64,000 nt of DNA from Nitrospirales bacterium (GTDB lineage Bacteria > Nitrospirota > Nitrospiria > Nitrospirales > UBA8639). Both the position numbers and the translations under genes were made by a program. This document shows, one piece after another, positions 9,027 to 19,369 of this stretch. Where the stretch lies: assembly GCA_963555755.3 (NCBI GenBank), contig OY820905.2, forward strand, positions 4,448,001-4,512,000, read 5' to 3'. The first letter of the stretch is position 1. Each line of letters opens with the position of its first letter. The notes under the pieces are model-generated. The model saw only the letters and a list, made by a program, of their open reading frames with translations, searched no databases and was not told the DNA's origin.

Positions 9027-9995
9027 ATGTCTAAACCGTCTGACACGTCTGAAATGGTATTAGTGGTTGATGATGATCCTGTCACCTTGGAATGTTTAAT
9101 GGAGACAGTGCGATTGTTCGGTTTAGGAGTATGTGCGGCTTCGGATGGAGTGCAGGCTCTGCGGATGTTTGAAGAACACCAGCCGAGTATCGTGTTGACA
9201 GATGTTCGGATGCCGAACATGGATGGATTGGCGTTGACACATCAGGTGAAGGCGCGGCGTCCTGATTGCCCTGTGATCATCGTGACCGGATATGGAGACG
9301 AATCCACAACCGTGGCGGCCTTGAAAGCCGGGGCCTCCGATTTCTTGCATAAACCGTTTCAACTTTCGGAGTTAAAAAATACCTTACAGCGGACCCTCTC
9401 GCTTGTTCGAGCGCGGTCCATGGAAACCCAGGCCCTCCAGTCATTGACGAAGCTGACGTGGTCGTTCGAAATCGAGAATGACCTTGAATCGTTAGGTGGG
9501 ATTCTGACGGTCATGCTCAGACCGATTGATGTCTGGTTGTCCGAGGCTGGTCAATTGCATGTGCGAATGGGACTGCAGGAGTTACTCATCAATGCTGTCG
9601 AGCATGGGAATTTGGGTATTTCCGCTGAGGAAAAAGGTGAGGCACTGATGAATGATACGTATGACGCCTTGCTAGACGAACGGCGTCACCTGCCCATCAA
9701 TGCCACACGTCGTGTGAAGGTGTGGATGGAACATGATGCGGCCACTCACACGTTTCATTGCCGAATTTGCGATGAGGGGGAGGGGTTTGATTGGGCGCCG
9801 CTCCTTCAGAGTAATGCCGAAGCGATTCCCTCCCTCGCGGGATCCGGGCGAGGAATTTTTTTAGTCAAAACCCTCATCCCGCACATCCAATATTTTGGCC
9901 GAGGGAACGAAGTCGCGCTGACCGTTCAGTATGGTGGAGTGGTAACACGAGAGGAGTCAGGAGTCAAAAGTCAGGCGTCAGGTATGGGGAGCTAA
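9027..9995 (+). CDS. Response regulator fused to an RsbW-like anti-sigma/Ser kinase HATPase domain
   Basis: REC (VVDDD, TDVRMP, KPF) plus LQELLINAVEHGN, ICDEGEGFD, GSGRGIFL. Confidence 0.88.
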   Translation: MSKPSDTSEMVLVVDDDPVTLECLMETVRLFGLGVCAASDGVQALRMFEEHQPSIVLTDVRMPNMDGLALTHQVKARRPDCPVIIVTGYGDESTTVAALKAGASDFLHKPFQLSELKNTLQRTLSLVRARSMETQALQSLTKLTWSFEIENDLESLGGILTVMLRPIDVWLSEAGQLHVRMGLQELLINAVEHGNLGISAEEKGEALMNDTYDALLDERRHLPINATRRVKVWMEHDAATHTFHCRICDEGEGFDWAPLLQSNAEAIPSLAGSGRGIFLVKTLIPHIQYFGRGNEVALTVQYGGVVTREESGVKSQASGMGS

Positions 9996-10045
9996 CAATA
10001 AAGAGATTTCTCACCTTTCACTCTTCACTCCTGACTATTTCCTTA

Positions 10046-10367
10046 AACTCGAAATCCGAAACACATCCGAAACCCAACACTCGAATGTTTCAAACAGGGT
10101 CCTTTGATCGAAAGGGCTCAGTCCCTATTCGTCCCTTGTCATTTCGACCCTTGGGAGAAATCTCGGTTTCGCATTCACCCAACATTACGTTGGCAAGTGA
10201 CATTCGAGTTTTGAGGGCACCTCTAAAAACCGTCCTTTTCCGTGATGGCGGCGTCAGCCGCGTGCTCAAATCCTCATGTATTCGCCCATACATTCCGGTT
10301 TTCCGCGCGCGGCTTCCTTGCCCTCACATAAAATGCCTGGTTTTTAGAGGTACCCTTGAATTTGTTC
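10046..10367. repeat. Heptamer-arm element H3 interrupted by MITE G
   Basis: AAACTCGAAATCCGAAACAC..GAATGTTTCAAAC..CATTCGAGTTTTGA[G]TTGAATTTGTT. Confidence 0.7.
10215..10355. mobile_element. MITE family G, copy 2
   Basis: Reverse complement of 1300-1440; TTGA/TTGA duplication. Confidence 0.9.
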
Positions 10368-10425
10368 CACACTATCCATACGGATATAACCTAAAAACAA
10401 AATTGTCGAGGTGGTGCATATTTCC

Positions 10426-10453
10426 TTAAGTTTGGCATACCCCTCTCCGATAA
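10426..10453 (+). promoter_or_regulatory. Sigma-28 (FliA) promoter of the chemotaxis operon
   Basis: TTAAG-N15-TCCGATAA, 37 nt before ATG 10491. Confidence 0.75.
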
Positions 10454-10490
10454 TTCAAGCAACATAAATCAGTCATAACGAGGTTACAAC

Positions 10491-10697
10491 ATGAGAGATC
10501 TTCTTACATTGGGTGAAGTCTCATCGTTTCTGAAGGTGCCGAAATCCACGATCTACAAACTCGCCCGTGAGCGGCGGCTTCCTGGTCATAAAGTAGGGAA
10601 GCACTGGCGCTTTGTCCGAGAAGAGATTGAGTCGTGGGTCCAAGGCGCTGGAATCGAAGCGGCTTCCCAAACTCCCGCATCAACGAATCAGTCATAG
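10491..10697 (+). CDS. Excisionase-like helix-turn-helix DNA-binding protein
   Basis: LLTLGEVSSFLKVPKSTIYKLA..LPGHKVGKHWRF (HTH_17 pattern); RBS GAGG. Confidence 0.88.
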   Translation: MRDLLTLGEVSSFLKVPKSTIYKLARERRLPGHKVGKHWRFVREEIESWVQGAGIEAASQTPASTNQS

Positions 10698-10884
10698 CGC
10701 GCCATGCTCATCCTGACGGGTTGGAGAAGCAACGATCTTGTCTGGCCAGGGTTCCCACGGCCACGTGTGGCAGCGTGAAGGGACCCTGAAGGGCAGATGT
10801 TTCAAGGCCTATCCTGGGCAGACGTGTCACGCTGGTCCCCATGATAGGGGGCGCGATTGAGTTGATGGGACATCTCAACGAAGA

Positions 10885-12834
10885 GTGGCGGTGATGGCAC
10901 CTGTTTTGGCAACGACCTTTCTCCATGATGGGGATCCCTTAGTTCGGCGTTCAGCGGTAGAAGCATTACATCCTGACGCCTGTGCCGATGAGGGTGAGCG
11001 CTCCGCGGCTATTGAATCGCTAGTCTGTGTTTTGAGTGATCCGCATGTGGCTGTCCAAGAAGCCGCCATGGCTGCCTTGGTGATGTTTGATTCTGGCCTT
11101 GTTGCCACGCACCTCCTTCCTGTTTTGCACAGTACCGTACAACATCGGAATGTGGCCATTGAAGTTCTTCAACGATTAAGCCCCACGGCTCTCCCGGTTC
11201 TCTTTCGTGCGGTGCCCGATTCTGACAAGCATATCCGTAAGTTTATTGTCGATATTGTTGGGCATATTGGAAGTCCCTCTGCGGTCGATGGCCTGTTGGA
11301 GTTCGTGCACGATTCGTGTCCGAATGTCCGTGCGACCGTCTGCGGATCACTAGGGGTGTTGGGTGATCAACGTGCGGTGGGTCCGTTAATTCGTATGGTT
11401 CAAGACCCGGAAGAATGGGTCATGTTTAGTGCGATCAACGCCTTGGGGATTCTGAAGAATGGTGAGGCGGTGCCCATGCTGCGGGGGCTGTTGTCTGTTG
11501 AGGACAGTGCGATTCGTTGTGCGGTTGTCGAGGCGTTAGGCGCCATTGGTGATCCTCAGGTGTTACCAGACTTGTTGCCTATGCTGCCAACCGCTCGGAT
11601 TCCACTTCGGAATGTGCTGTTTGTCACGATCATGGAACTGGTCGGAGATCAGGCTGAAGTCTTTCAGCGAGAAGAAATGCGGGATTATCTGTTTGCTGGA
11701 TTGGTCCAAGCGTTGAAGACCAGAGAACCGGAAGTGCAATTAGCGGCTCTCCATGGGCTGCGTTTGATCGGGAATACGAGAGCCACTGGCGCCTTGTTAT
11801 CTTTTCTGGAGGGTCAACGGGCCGGAGAAGAGGAACTTGAAGCTGCGGTGCTCCATGCCCTGACCCAGATTGGGGATGAAGACGAGTTGCTTCAGGCAGC
11901 GAGGAACGGATCTGAACGCGTGGCATTACTGTGTATTGACGCGCTTTCAACTCGTCGAGTGATCCATGCTGTTCCTGTCTTAAGCCAATTGGTGGTTCAC
12001 TCAGAGAATAGAGAAATTCGTCGAGCGGCATTAGTGGCGTTAGGTCGCATAGGGATCGAGGAAAGCGGGGAGTCGGCAGTCTTAGTGGCCCTTCAAGATC
12101 GCAGTGGGTGTGTCAGGAAGGAAGCCGCGAGAATTGTGGCTGAAAAAAAGATTCAGGATGCTGGCCATGCATTATGGAGTCGATTAGATCATGAACCGTA
12201 TCCCGACGTCCTTGTTGAGCAAGTCCGAGCCATCATCAATCTCGAATGTCAAGATCGAGTGACCATCCTTCGAGGGTTACTCGATCTTGATCGCCCAGAA
12301 GTCAGAGAAGCCGCGATTGCTCATTGGCCTGATATTCACGATCCAAGGGTTCGACAGCTGTTGGATGACCATGTGGATGATTCCGATTGGCACGTGCGCT
12401 TGTGCATCGTAGAACGATTGGTCGTGGAGCAGGACGAAACTCTGTTGGATATGTTTATTACGGCTTCCGCGGATCCACATCCCTATGTCAGGCAAGCCGC
12501 AGTTCAGGCAGTGGGTCAATTTTCAGGAGAGGCGGTGTGTGTCACCTTACGCACCGCGGTGATCAGTGACCCAGATATGTGGGTGCGTACTCGTGCCGTC
12601 GAGCAACTGGTGAAACTTCATGATGTGGATGCCTGTCAGATGTTGACACACATCCTTAAGGATTCGCCTGTTCCTCTCCAAATTGCCATCGTCAGAGCCC
12701 TAGGGACCATAGGCAACAGTACTGTGGTAGAGATACTTCAGGAGATGCAATCCCACGAAGAATCAGAAATCGAAGAAGCCGAATCTAGGAGCCTGTCCAA
12801 GATTAGGGATCGTCGCGAGGGGGTGATGGTTTGA
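10885..12834 (+). CDS. HEAT/PBS-lyase repeat protein; C-terminus replaced by MITE D
   Basis: Many D....VR..A..ALG repeats; start uncertain; last ~15 codons come from the MITE. Confidence 0.85.
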   Translation: MAVMAPVLATTFLHDGDPLVRRSAVEALHPDACADEGERSAAIESLVCVLSDPHVAVQEAAMAALVMFDSGLVATHLLPVLHSTVQHRNVAIEVLQRLSPTALPVLFRAVPDSDKHIRKFIVDIVGHIGSPSAVDGLLEFVHDSCPNVRATVCGSLGVLGDQRAVGPLIRMVQDPEEWVMFSAINALGILKNGEAVPMLRGLLSVEDSAIRCAVVEALGAIGDPQVLPDLLPMLPTARIPLRNVLFVTIMELVGDQAEVFQREEMRDYLFAGLVQALKTREPEVQLAALHGLRLIGNTRATGALLSFLEGQRAGEEELEAAVLHALTQIGDEDELLQAARNGSERVALLCIDALSTRRVIHAVPVLSQLVVHSENREIRRAALVALGRIGIEESGESAVLVALQDRSGCVRKEAARIVAEKKIQDAGHALWSRLDHEPYPDVLVEQVRAIINLECQDRVTILRGLLDLDRPEVREAAIAHWPDIHDPRVRQLLDDHVDDSDWHVRLCIVERLVVEQDETLLDMFITASADPHPYVRQAAVQAVGQFSGEAVCVTLRTAVISDPDMWVRTRAVEQLVKLHDVDACQMLTHILKDSPVPLQIAIVRALGTIGNSTVVEILQEMQSHEESEIEEAESRSLSKIRDRREGVMV

Positions 12835-12948
12835 GTCAGATGTTTCGATCGTTTGAGGCGAATAGTGATGACTATGTAACGAAAAGGATCGAAAGATCTG
12901 GCCAAATCCAGCGCACCCGCAGTAGATCCGCTAATCTTGGACAGGCTC
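12789..12948. mobile_element. MITE family D (160 bp)
   Basis: TIR GAGCCTGTCCAAGATTAG / CTAATCTTGGACAGGCTC; flanks CTAG/CTCG. Confidence 0.9.
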
Positions 12949-13000
12949 CTCGTGCTCTACGCCAATTGACGACTCCTATTTCCCCACCTGAGGTGTCGGT

Positions 13001-14043
13001 ATGACGGTCGCCATGACCCAAGATACCTTTCATCGTCTTCGGGCCATGATCTATACCAAAAGTGGATTGGAGTTTCCAGAATCCAAAAAGTATTTACTCG
13101 AGAGTCGTCTGAAACAACGGCTAGCCGACACTCACTGCCGAACCTATGAAGAGTACTTCAATTACTTGCGATTTGATCCCAATCGGGACAAAGAACTGAT
13201 CGAGTTGTTTAACTGTGTGACGACCAATGAAACCTATTTTTTTCGAGACCATACTCAGATCGATTGCTTTCGGCAGTTGATCCTTCCTCACGCGATCAAA
13301 GAACGGGAAAAAATCGCAAACTTCGAATGTGGTGTGCAGGCTGTTCTTCGGGTGAGGAACCTTTCACGCTGGCCATGGTGGTGGCAGAAGAATTTCCGTC
13401 ATTGGCTGGATGGAATATTGAAATTCTTGGGACGGATATCAGTGAGCACATTTTGGCATTGGCGCGGCGAGGGGTGTATGGATCCTATTCGGTTCGGAAT
13501 GGGCCGCCTACCTATTTGCGGAAATATTTCGCGGCAAGTGAAGGCCAATATACCGTGGGGCCGACCTTACGGAAAATGGTGAAGTTTTCGAGTGTCAATT
13601 TATTTGACTCAGTGCAGATGCGTGCGTTTCGAGACATCGACGTGATCTTTTGCCGTAATGTGTTGATCTACTTTGACCAAGAGGCCAAACGAAAAATTGT
13701 GACGAGTTTTTATGATGCTCTGCTGGATTCCGGCGTATTGGTGATTGGGTTTTCCGAGTCACTGAGCGGGGTGAATCGTTTGTTTCTACCCCTTCCCTGG
13801 AATAAAACCGTCATGTACGGCAAGGCCAGCTCCACGGTTGCTGCTCCCTATACTACCCTGGCGAGTGCTGGCCTTGCTTCTCCATCGTTCCAAAGTGTGG
13901 GACGTGGTGATACGCGATCCGGAGGCGTCTCTATTTATTCACCCATGTCTTCTCCCATACCGACAGATGTCCCTGTTCCAAACACCATTTCCGGGTCAGG
14001 TATTGGCGGTGGAGGGGGAAAGCTAAAGAGAGAACCCCGATGA
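13001..14043 (+). pseudogene. cheR: Chemotaxis methyltransferase CheR, frameshifted (or sequencing error)
   Basis: N-half TTNETYFFRD in one frame; WCAGCSSGEEP, GTDIS, IFCRNVLIYFD in another; one extra A in the A6 run at 13308-13313 restores the frame. Confidence 0.9.
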
Positions 14044-14465
14044 AACCGATAATGGATGAAACACACCCTGGGTCCGTGATTTTAATCGTGGATGATTGCC
14101 GAATGACCCGTCGATTGCTGTCAATGTATCTCAGGGGAGCTGGGTATGAGGTGATAGTCGCGGAAAACGGGTTAGACGCGTTGGAGAAATTGGGACGAGA
14201 GTCGTGTGCGGTCGTGATTACGGATTTGAATATGCCGCAAATGAATGGGATTGAATTGAGACGCTCACTCAAGGATCACCCGTGCTACCAGGATCTTCCC
14301 GTGATCATGTTGACGACGCAAGGCGAAGAGCGGGAACGAAATAGTGGATTGGAGGCGGGTGTGTCGGCCTTTTTAACCAAACCGATTACGCAGGAATTGT
14401 TGATCACGGAAATTGCCCGAGTGCTACCACCAGCATGTAAGGCGGTTCCGGCGCCCATGGCCTAA
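14040..14465 (+). CDS. CheY-like single-domain response regulator
   Basis: IVDD, TDLNMP, LTT, KP. Confidence 0.88.
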   Translation: MKPIMDETHPGSVILIVDDCRMTRRLLSMYLRGAGYEVIVAENGLDALEKLGRESCAVVITDLNMPQMNGIELRRSLKDHPCYQDLPVIMLTTQGEERERNSGLEAGVSAFLTKPITQELLITEIARVLPPACKAVPAPMA

Positions 14466-14499
14466 AAAGATTCGGATAACGATTTACGGGAGACTACAC

Positions 14500-14901
14500 A
14501 TGTCAAATTTAGATCTCACGCTCAAAGTGTTGGTTGTGGATGATATGTCCACCATGCGGCGGATCCTCAAAAATGTCTTGAAGCAGATTGGGTACACGGA
14601 TCTTCATGAAGCAGAAGATGGAGCGGTTGGGCTCAAGAAACTCAGGGAAGGTGGATTTGGTCTCGTAGTCTCGGATTGGAATATGCCTGTCATGTCGGGG
14701 ATTGAGCTGTTGCGGGCTATTCGTGCTGATTCGGACATAAAACATTTGCCGGTCCTTATGGTGACCGCCGAAGCGCAAAAAGAAAATATCATCGAGGCCG
14801 TCCAGGCCGGCGTCAATAATTATGTCGTTAAGCCATTTACGGCGGATGCGCTGTTGGAGAAATTGGAAAATATCTTTGCCAAAAAGACCGTCAACGCCTA
14901 A
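14500..14901 (+). CDS. cheY: Chemotaxis response regulator CheY (motor-binding type)
   Basis: [30 protein letters not shown]. Confidence 0.95.
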   Translation: MSNLDLTLKVLVVDDMSTMRRILKNVLKQIGYTDLHEAEDGAVGLKKLREGGFGLVVSDWNMPVMSGIELLRAIRADSDIKHLPVLMVTAEAQKENIIEAVQAGVNNYVVKPFTADALLEKLENIFAKKTVNA

Positions 14902-15919
14902 CGCTGGCACATTGATTGGTCGGGCCGTGGTTCGTCAAATCATGCCTGTGGTTGCGGTAGCCAAGCAAGCCTCAGAAGGGGATCTTACGGCACGAGTGCC
15001 TGTTACAGCACAAGACGAGCTAGGAGAAATTGGACAGGCGTTCAATAAATTTTTGGACAATTTAAACGTGATGATTGGGCAAACAGCACAAGTTGCACAT
15101 ACCATGGCCGCGGCGGCAGAGGAATTGTCCGTCAATGGAACGCGAGTCGCGCAAGCGAGTCGTGAACAATCCAGCCAATCGACTCAAGTGGCCTCGTCGG
15201 TTGAGGAGATGTCCGCGACAGCCAATGAAATGACCAGGAACGCAAAGGTTATGGCTTCTACGGCGAAGGAACTCAATGGGACGGCTGTCAAAGGTGGTGA
15301 AGTCGTGACCAATTCGATGAGAGGGATGGAAGCGGTCGCTAGCACGATGCAAGTGTCTGCGGGACGTATTCAATCGTTAGGGCAGCAATCCCAACAAATC
15401 GGGGAAATCATTCGGGTCATCGAAGATATTGCCGACCAAACCAATTTATTAGCGTTGAATGCGGCGATTGAGGCTGCCCGAGCCGGTGAACAGGGCCGGG
15501 GATTTGCTGTGGTTGCCGACGAAGTTCGAAAGCTGGCCGAACGAACAGGGAAAGCGACCAAAGAGATTGGCGCGGTGATTGAAACTGTTCTGACTGGAAC
15601 TAAAGAAGCCGTTGCATCCATGGAAACGGGGACGATTGAGGTGCAAACCGGCATGCAATTAGTCAATGAAGCCGGTTTACGCTTAACGGAAATTGTGACT
15701 GGTGTGCAAAAAGTCACGGAAATGGTACAGCAGCTTGCTAGATCGATTGATGAGCAAACGAACGCCACGGAACAAATTGCCGGAGGCATTCAATCGGTCG
15801 CGGGCCTCAGTCAGCAAAATGAGAACAGTGTCGAACAAGTGGTGGGGGCGACGACTGACCTGTCGAATTTAGCCGCACGGCTCCAAAGCGACTTACAGCG
15901 ATTTCAGTTGAATTCATGA
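14902..15919 (+). pseudogene. Methyl-accepting chemotaxis protein, N-terminally truncated (HAMP + MA only)
   Basis: [58 protein letters not shown]; no RBS, TM or sensor region. Confidence 0.75.
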
Positions 15920-15981
15920 GAATAGTCAGGAGTGAGGAGTGTGGGAGAAAGGTGTGAAGAGTTGAGAGTGAGGAGTAAAGA

Positions 15982-17178
15982 GTGAGGAGTACGGATAAAC
16001 CGATTCGGGTCTTGGTGGTCGATGACTCGGCGTTCATGCGCAAGGCTATTGCCAACATGTTGGGTGAGTCTTCAGACTTCGTGGTCATTGATACGGCACG
16101 AAATGGGGATGAGGCGTTGGCGAAAGTCGCGACTCTGAAGCCGGATGTGATGACGTTAGATATCGATATGCCCGGGATGGATGGCTTAACCGTCCTTAAA
16201 CGAGTGATGGCCGCGCATCCGCTTCCGGTGGTGATAGTGAGTAGCCTGACCGAAGATGGTGCTCAGGTTACGATTCGAGCATTAGAACTCGGTGCGGTAG
16301 ATTTTGTCTCCAAGCATTTAGGCGGATCGGCACTCAAAATTTCCGACATTCGTGTTCTGCTACATCAGAAGGTGAGAGCCGCGGCCAAGGCCATTGGAAA
16401 AGTGGGACGACCTTCGAGTGAGGTGCAACACGTGTCCAAGCCTCTCACTTCGATCCATACGCATACACCACAGGCCTCGTTTTCGGCTTCACCCACGAAT
16501 TCCTTGGCGTCGCCGGTTCAGACATTTTCACGGCGTGCGTATTATGAAGCGAGCGGCTTGTCCCCACTGCTGGCCCTTGGGTGTTCGACCGGTGGTCCAC
16601 AGGCCCTGCAACAGGTGCTGACCCAATTGCCATCTGATTTTCCTGGGGCCGTCATTGTGGTGCAGCATATGCCAAAAATTTTTACCAAATCGTTTGCCGA
16701 ACGGCTGAACCAATTGTGCACGCTTGAAGTTCGTGAGGCTGAAGAGGGTGACGAGGTCGTGCCAGGAACTATTTTGCTTGGACCAGGAGGACAGCATCTC
16801 ACGTTGGAATGGCGTGGCACCAAAGTGATGACTCATGTCAGTGATCAACCTGTTCATCTGCCCTATCGTCCATCAGTCGATCTGATGATGCAATCCGCCG
16901 CAAAGATTTTTGAACAAAAAGTTCTCGGCGTGGTCATGACGGGGATGGGGCAAGATGGCTTGGAAGGGGTTCGAGCCATTAAGGCTCACGGTGGGACCGT
17001 GTTGGCTCAAGATGAAGCCAGCAGCATTGTGTATGGAATGCCCAAAGCGGTGGAGGAAAGTGGGTGTGCTGACAAAGTGGTCTCTTTATCCCGAATGGCG
17101 CATGAAATTCAATCGGTAATGGCGCTGAAAGACAGTATGTCTTCGCGTGAGGCTCTGTTGGTTCGTGCTTCAATATAG
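15982..17178 (+). CDS. cheB: Chemotaxis methylesterase CheB
   Basis: REC domain plus GCSTGGP, VQHMP, TGMGQDG; catalytic triad intact. Confidence 0.95.
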   Translation: MRSTDKPIRVLVVDDSAFMRKAIANMLGESSDFVVIDTARNGDEALAKVATLKPDVMTLDIDMPGMDGLTVLKRVMAAHPLPVVIVSSLTEDGAQVTIRALELGAVDFVSKHLGGSALKISDIRVLLHQKVRAAAKAIGKVGRPSSEVQHVSKPLTSIHTHTPQASFSASPTNSLASPVQTFSRRAYYEASGLSPLLALGCSTGGPQALQQVLTQLPSDFPGAVIVVQHMPKIFTKSFAERLNQLCTLEVREAEEGDEVVPGTILLGPGGQHLTLEWRGTKVMTHVSDQPVHLPYRPSVDLMMQSAAKIFEQKVLGVVMTGMGQDGLEGVRAIKAHGGTVLAQDEASSIVYGMPKAVEESGCADKVVSLSRMAHEIQSVMALKDSMSSREALLVRASI

Positions 17179-17305
17179 ACGGGAAACGGAAGGCGGGAGG
17201 CGGGAGATGGAAGGCGGAAGAAGATGGAAGACGACTTTTTCTTCTCCCTAACGTTTCCCGCCTCACGTCTTACGCCTTCCGATATGTGCAGAGGAGGAAA
17301 TATCC

Positions 17306-17776
17306 ATGAATCAAACAGCTGATGGCATTGGTTCGACAACCGATAGCATGGATTCAATGGATGAAGTGTTTCAAGTCGTGAGTTTTGAGATTGGGGACGA
17401 GGAATATGCTGTTGATATTCTTGAGGTTCAGGAAATTATTCGTATGGTCGAGATCACTCCGGTCCCGAAGGCTCCCCACTATGTCGAAGGTGTGATCAAT
17501 TTTCGAGGCAAGGTCATCCCTATTATTGATATACGACTTCGATTTGGAATGTCCGTGGCTGAGCGTACCAATGAAACTCGTATTGTCGTGGTGGATGTGT
17601 CACGAATTATAATAGGGATTATTGTGGATTCGGTTTCTGAAGTCCTCCGCATCCCTTCGAATCTCATTGAACCTTCCCCGAGTGGAAAACAAGGTGGAAC
17701 GGAATTTCATAAAGGTGTGGGTCGTGTGGATGGCCGGATATTGAGCTTGCTGAGTTTGGACAGACTTCTGGGATAA
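17306..17776 (+). CDS. cheW: CheW adaptor
   Basis: EEYAVDILEVQEII..ITPVP..GVINFRGKVIPIID. Confidence 0.95.
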   Translation: MNQTADGIGSTTDSMDSMDEVFQVVSFEIGDEEYAVDILEVQEIIRMVEITPVPKAPHYVEGVINFRGKVIPIIDIRLRFGMSVAERTNETRIVVVDVSRIIIGIIVDSVSEVLRIPSNLIEPSPSGKQGGTEFHKGVGRVDGRILSLLSLDRLLG

Positions 17777-17814
17777 GGGATGGCGTTCTAGGTTCGTGCC
17801 ATAGGTATATCGTC

Positions 17815-18579
17815 ATGGATATTCTTTCAATAATCGGAATGATTCTTTCCTTGGGCGCCATTTTTTGGGGGCAACATCTCGAGGGCGGCCATATCGGTTC
17901 GATCCTGCAGTTCACGGCGTTCATTATCGTCGCGGGGGGGACGCTTGGTGCCGTGATGCTTCAAACACCCATGCCTGCGTTCATCAAAGCCATCAAGTCG
18001 CTGAGCATGGTGTTTACCAATGTGCATGTGGATATGAAGGGGATGATCGCCCAACTGGTAGCATTATCGAATCTCAGTCGAAAACAAGGCTTATTAGCGC
18101 TAGAGGGGAAATTGAAAATGTTGGACGATCCTTTGTTAAAAAAGGGTCTGCAGATGGTGGTGGATGGAACTGAGCCAACGAAAATCCGAGAGATTCTGGA
18201 TGTCGAAGTCGAGATGTTCGAAGAAGAATACGTCAACGTCGGTAAGGTGTATGATGCGTTGGGTGGGTATGCACCTACGGTCGGGATTATTGGCGCAGTG
18301 CTCGGCTTGATTCACGTCATGGAAAATTTGGCCGATCCCTCGGCGTTAGGGGGAGGTATTGCCGTGGCCTTTGTCGCCACGGTGTATGGCGTTGGCGCGG
18401 CCAATCTGTTCTTTCTACCCTTTGGTGGAAAAATCAAATCGAAGGTCAAAGACCTCGTGATGTTCCGCATCATGACTATTGAAGGGTTGGTTTCACTTGC
18501 TCAGGGTGAAAACCCGCGGATGATCGAAGAAAAACTCAGTGGCTATCTTCCTGAAAAGGATCGCCCAGTGATTGGGTAA
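17815..18579 (+). CDS. motA: Flagellar stator MotA
   Basis: TM helices; RKQGLLALE; YAPTVGIIGAVLGLI. Confidence 0.93.
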   Translation: MDILSIIGMILSLGAIFWGQHLEGGHIGSILQFTAFIIVAGGTLGAVMLQTPMPAFIKAIKSLSMVFTNVHVDMKGMIAQLVALSNLSRKQGLLALEGKLKMLDDPLLKKGLQMVVDGTEPTKIREILDVEVEMFEEEYVNVGKVYDALGGYAPTVGIIGAVLGLIHVMENLADPSALGGGIAVAFVATVYGVGAANLFFLPFGGKIKSKVKDLVMFRIMTIEGLVSLAQGENPRMIEEKLSGYLPEKDRPVIG

Positions 18580-18619
18580 ATTATCGTCAAACGATCCGCC
18601 CGAATACAGCTCTCTTCCC

Positions 18620-19369
18620 ATGGCTCGAAAGAAAAAACACGAAGAACATGACAATAATGACCGGTGGCTGGTGTCCTATGCCGATTTTATTACCCTCCTC
18701 TTTGCCTTTTTTGTCGTCATGTACTCCGTGTCGTCAGTGAACGAAGGGAAATATCGCGTCATGAGTGAATCCATGGTTCTAGCCTTTACCAATCAAAAAC
18801 CCTTGGGGCAAATGTCAGTTGTGGAATTGCCGCTCGAAAAATCAACGCCGGAGATGGAAAAACAAATCCAGGATCGTCCGAATGACTTTCAAGTATATAT
18901 GAAGATGGCCGTTGCGTTGGGTGCGCTCGATATTAGTAGCTCCGACGTGTCGATCCAAAATTCCGCACGGGGTATTTCCATTAAAATTAAAGATGAAGTG
19001 GCGTTTGATAGTGGTAGTGTGCAGATGAAGCGAGAAATCACTGAGGTGTTGGATTTGATAGCGGCTCTTGTCAAGGATTTGCCGAATCTGATTAGTATTG
19101 AGGGCCATACGGATACGATTCCGATTCGGAGTGTGCAATTTCCCTCAAATTGGGAATTGTCCGCCTCTCGAGCAGCGGCACTTGTCCGATATTTTGTGAA
19201 TCAGCATCAGTTACGTTCAGAGCGTTTTTCAGCGACAGGATATGGCGGAGAGCGTCCTCTTGAAAGTAATGCGACCCCGGAAGGGCGTTCAGCCAATCGT
19301 CGTGTCGAAATCGTCATTTTGCGAGAAACCGCCATTCCAACAGGCAATCGGCTTCCCTCCTTGTCGTAA
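18620..19369 (+). CDS. motB: Flagellar stator MotB
   Basis: WLVSYADFITLL; EGHTD..NWELSASRA..NRRVEI. Confidence 0.95.
   Translation: MARKKKHEEHDNNDRWLVSYADFITLLFAFFVVMYSVSSVNEGKYRVMSESMVLAFTNQKPLGQMSVVELPLEKSTPEMEKQIQDRPNDFQVYMKMAVALGALDISSSDVSIQNSARGISIKIKDEVAFDSGSVQMKREITEVLDLIAALVKDLPNLISIEGHTDTIPIRSVQFPSNWELSASRAAALVRYFVNQHQLRSERFSATGYGGERPLESNATPEGRSANRRVEIVILRETAIPTGNRLPSLS

Noticed and set aside
10491..10697. Prophage or ICE suggested by the excisionase-like gene
   Set aside because: No integrase, att site or phage genes nearby
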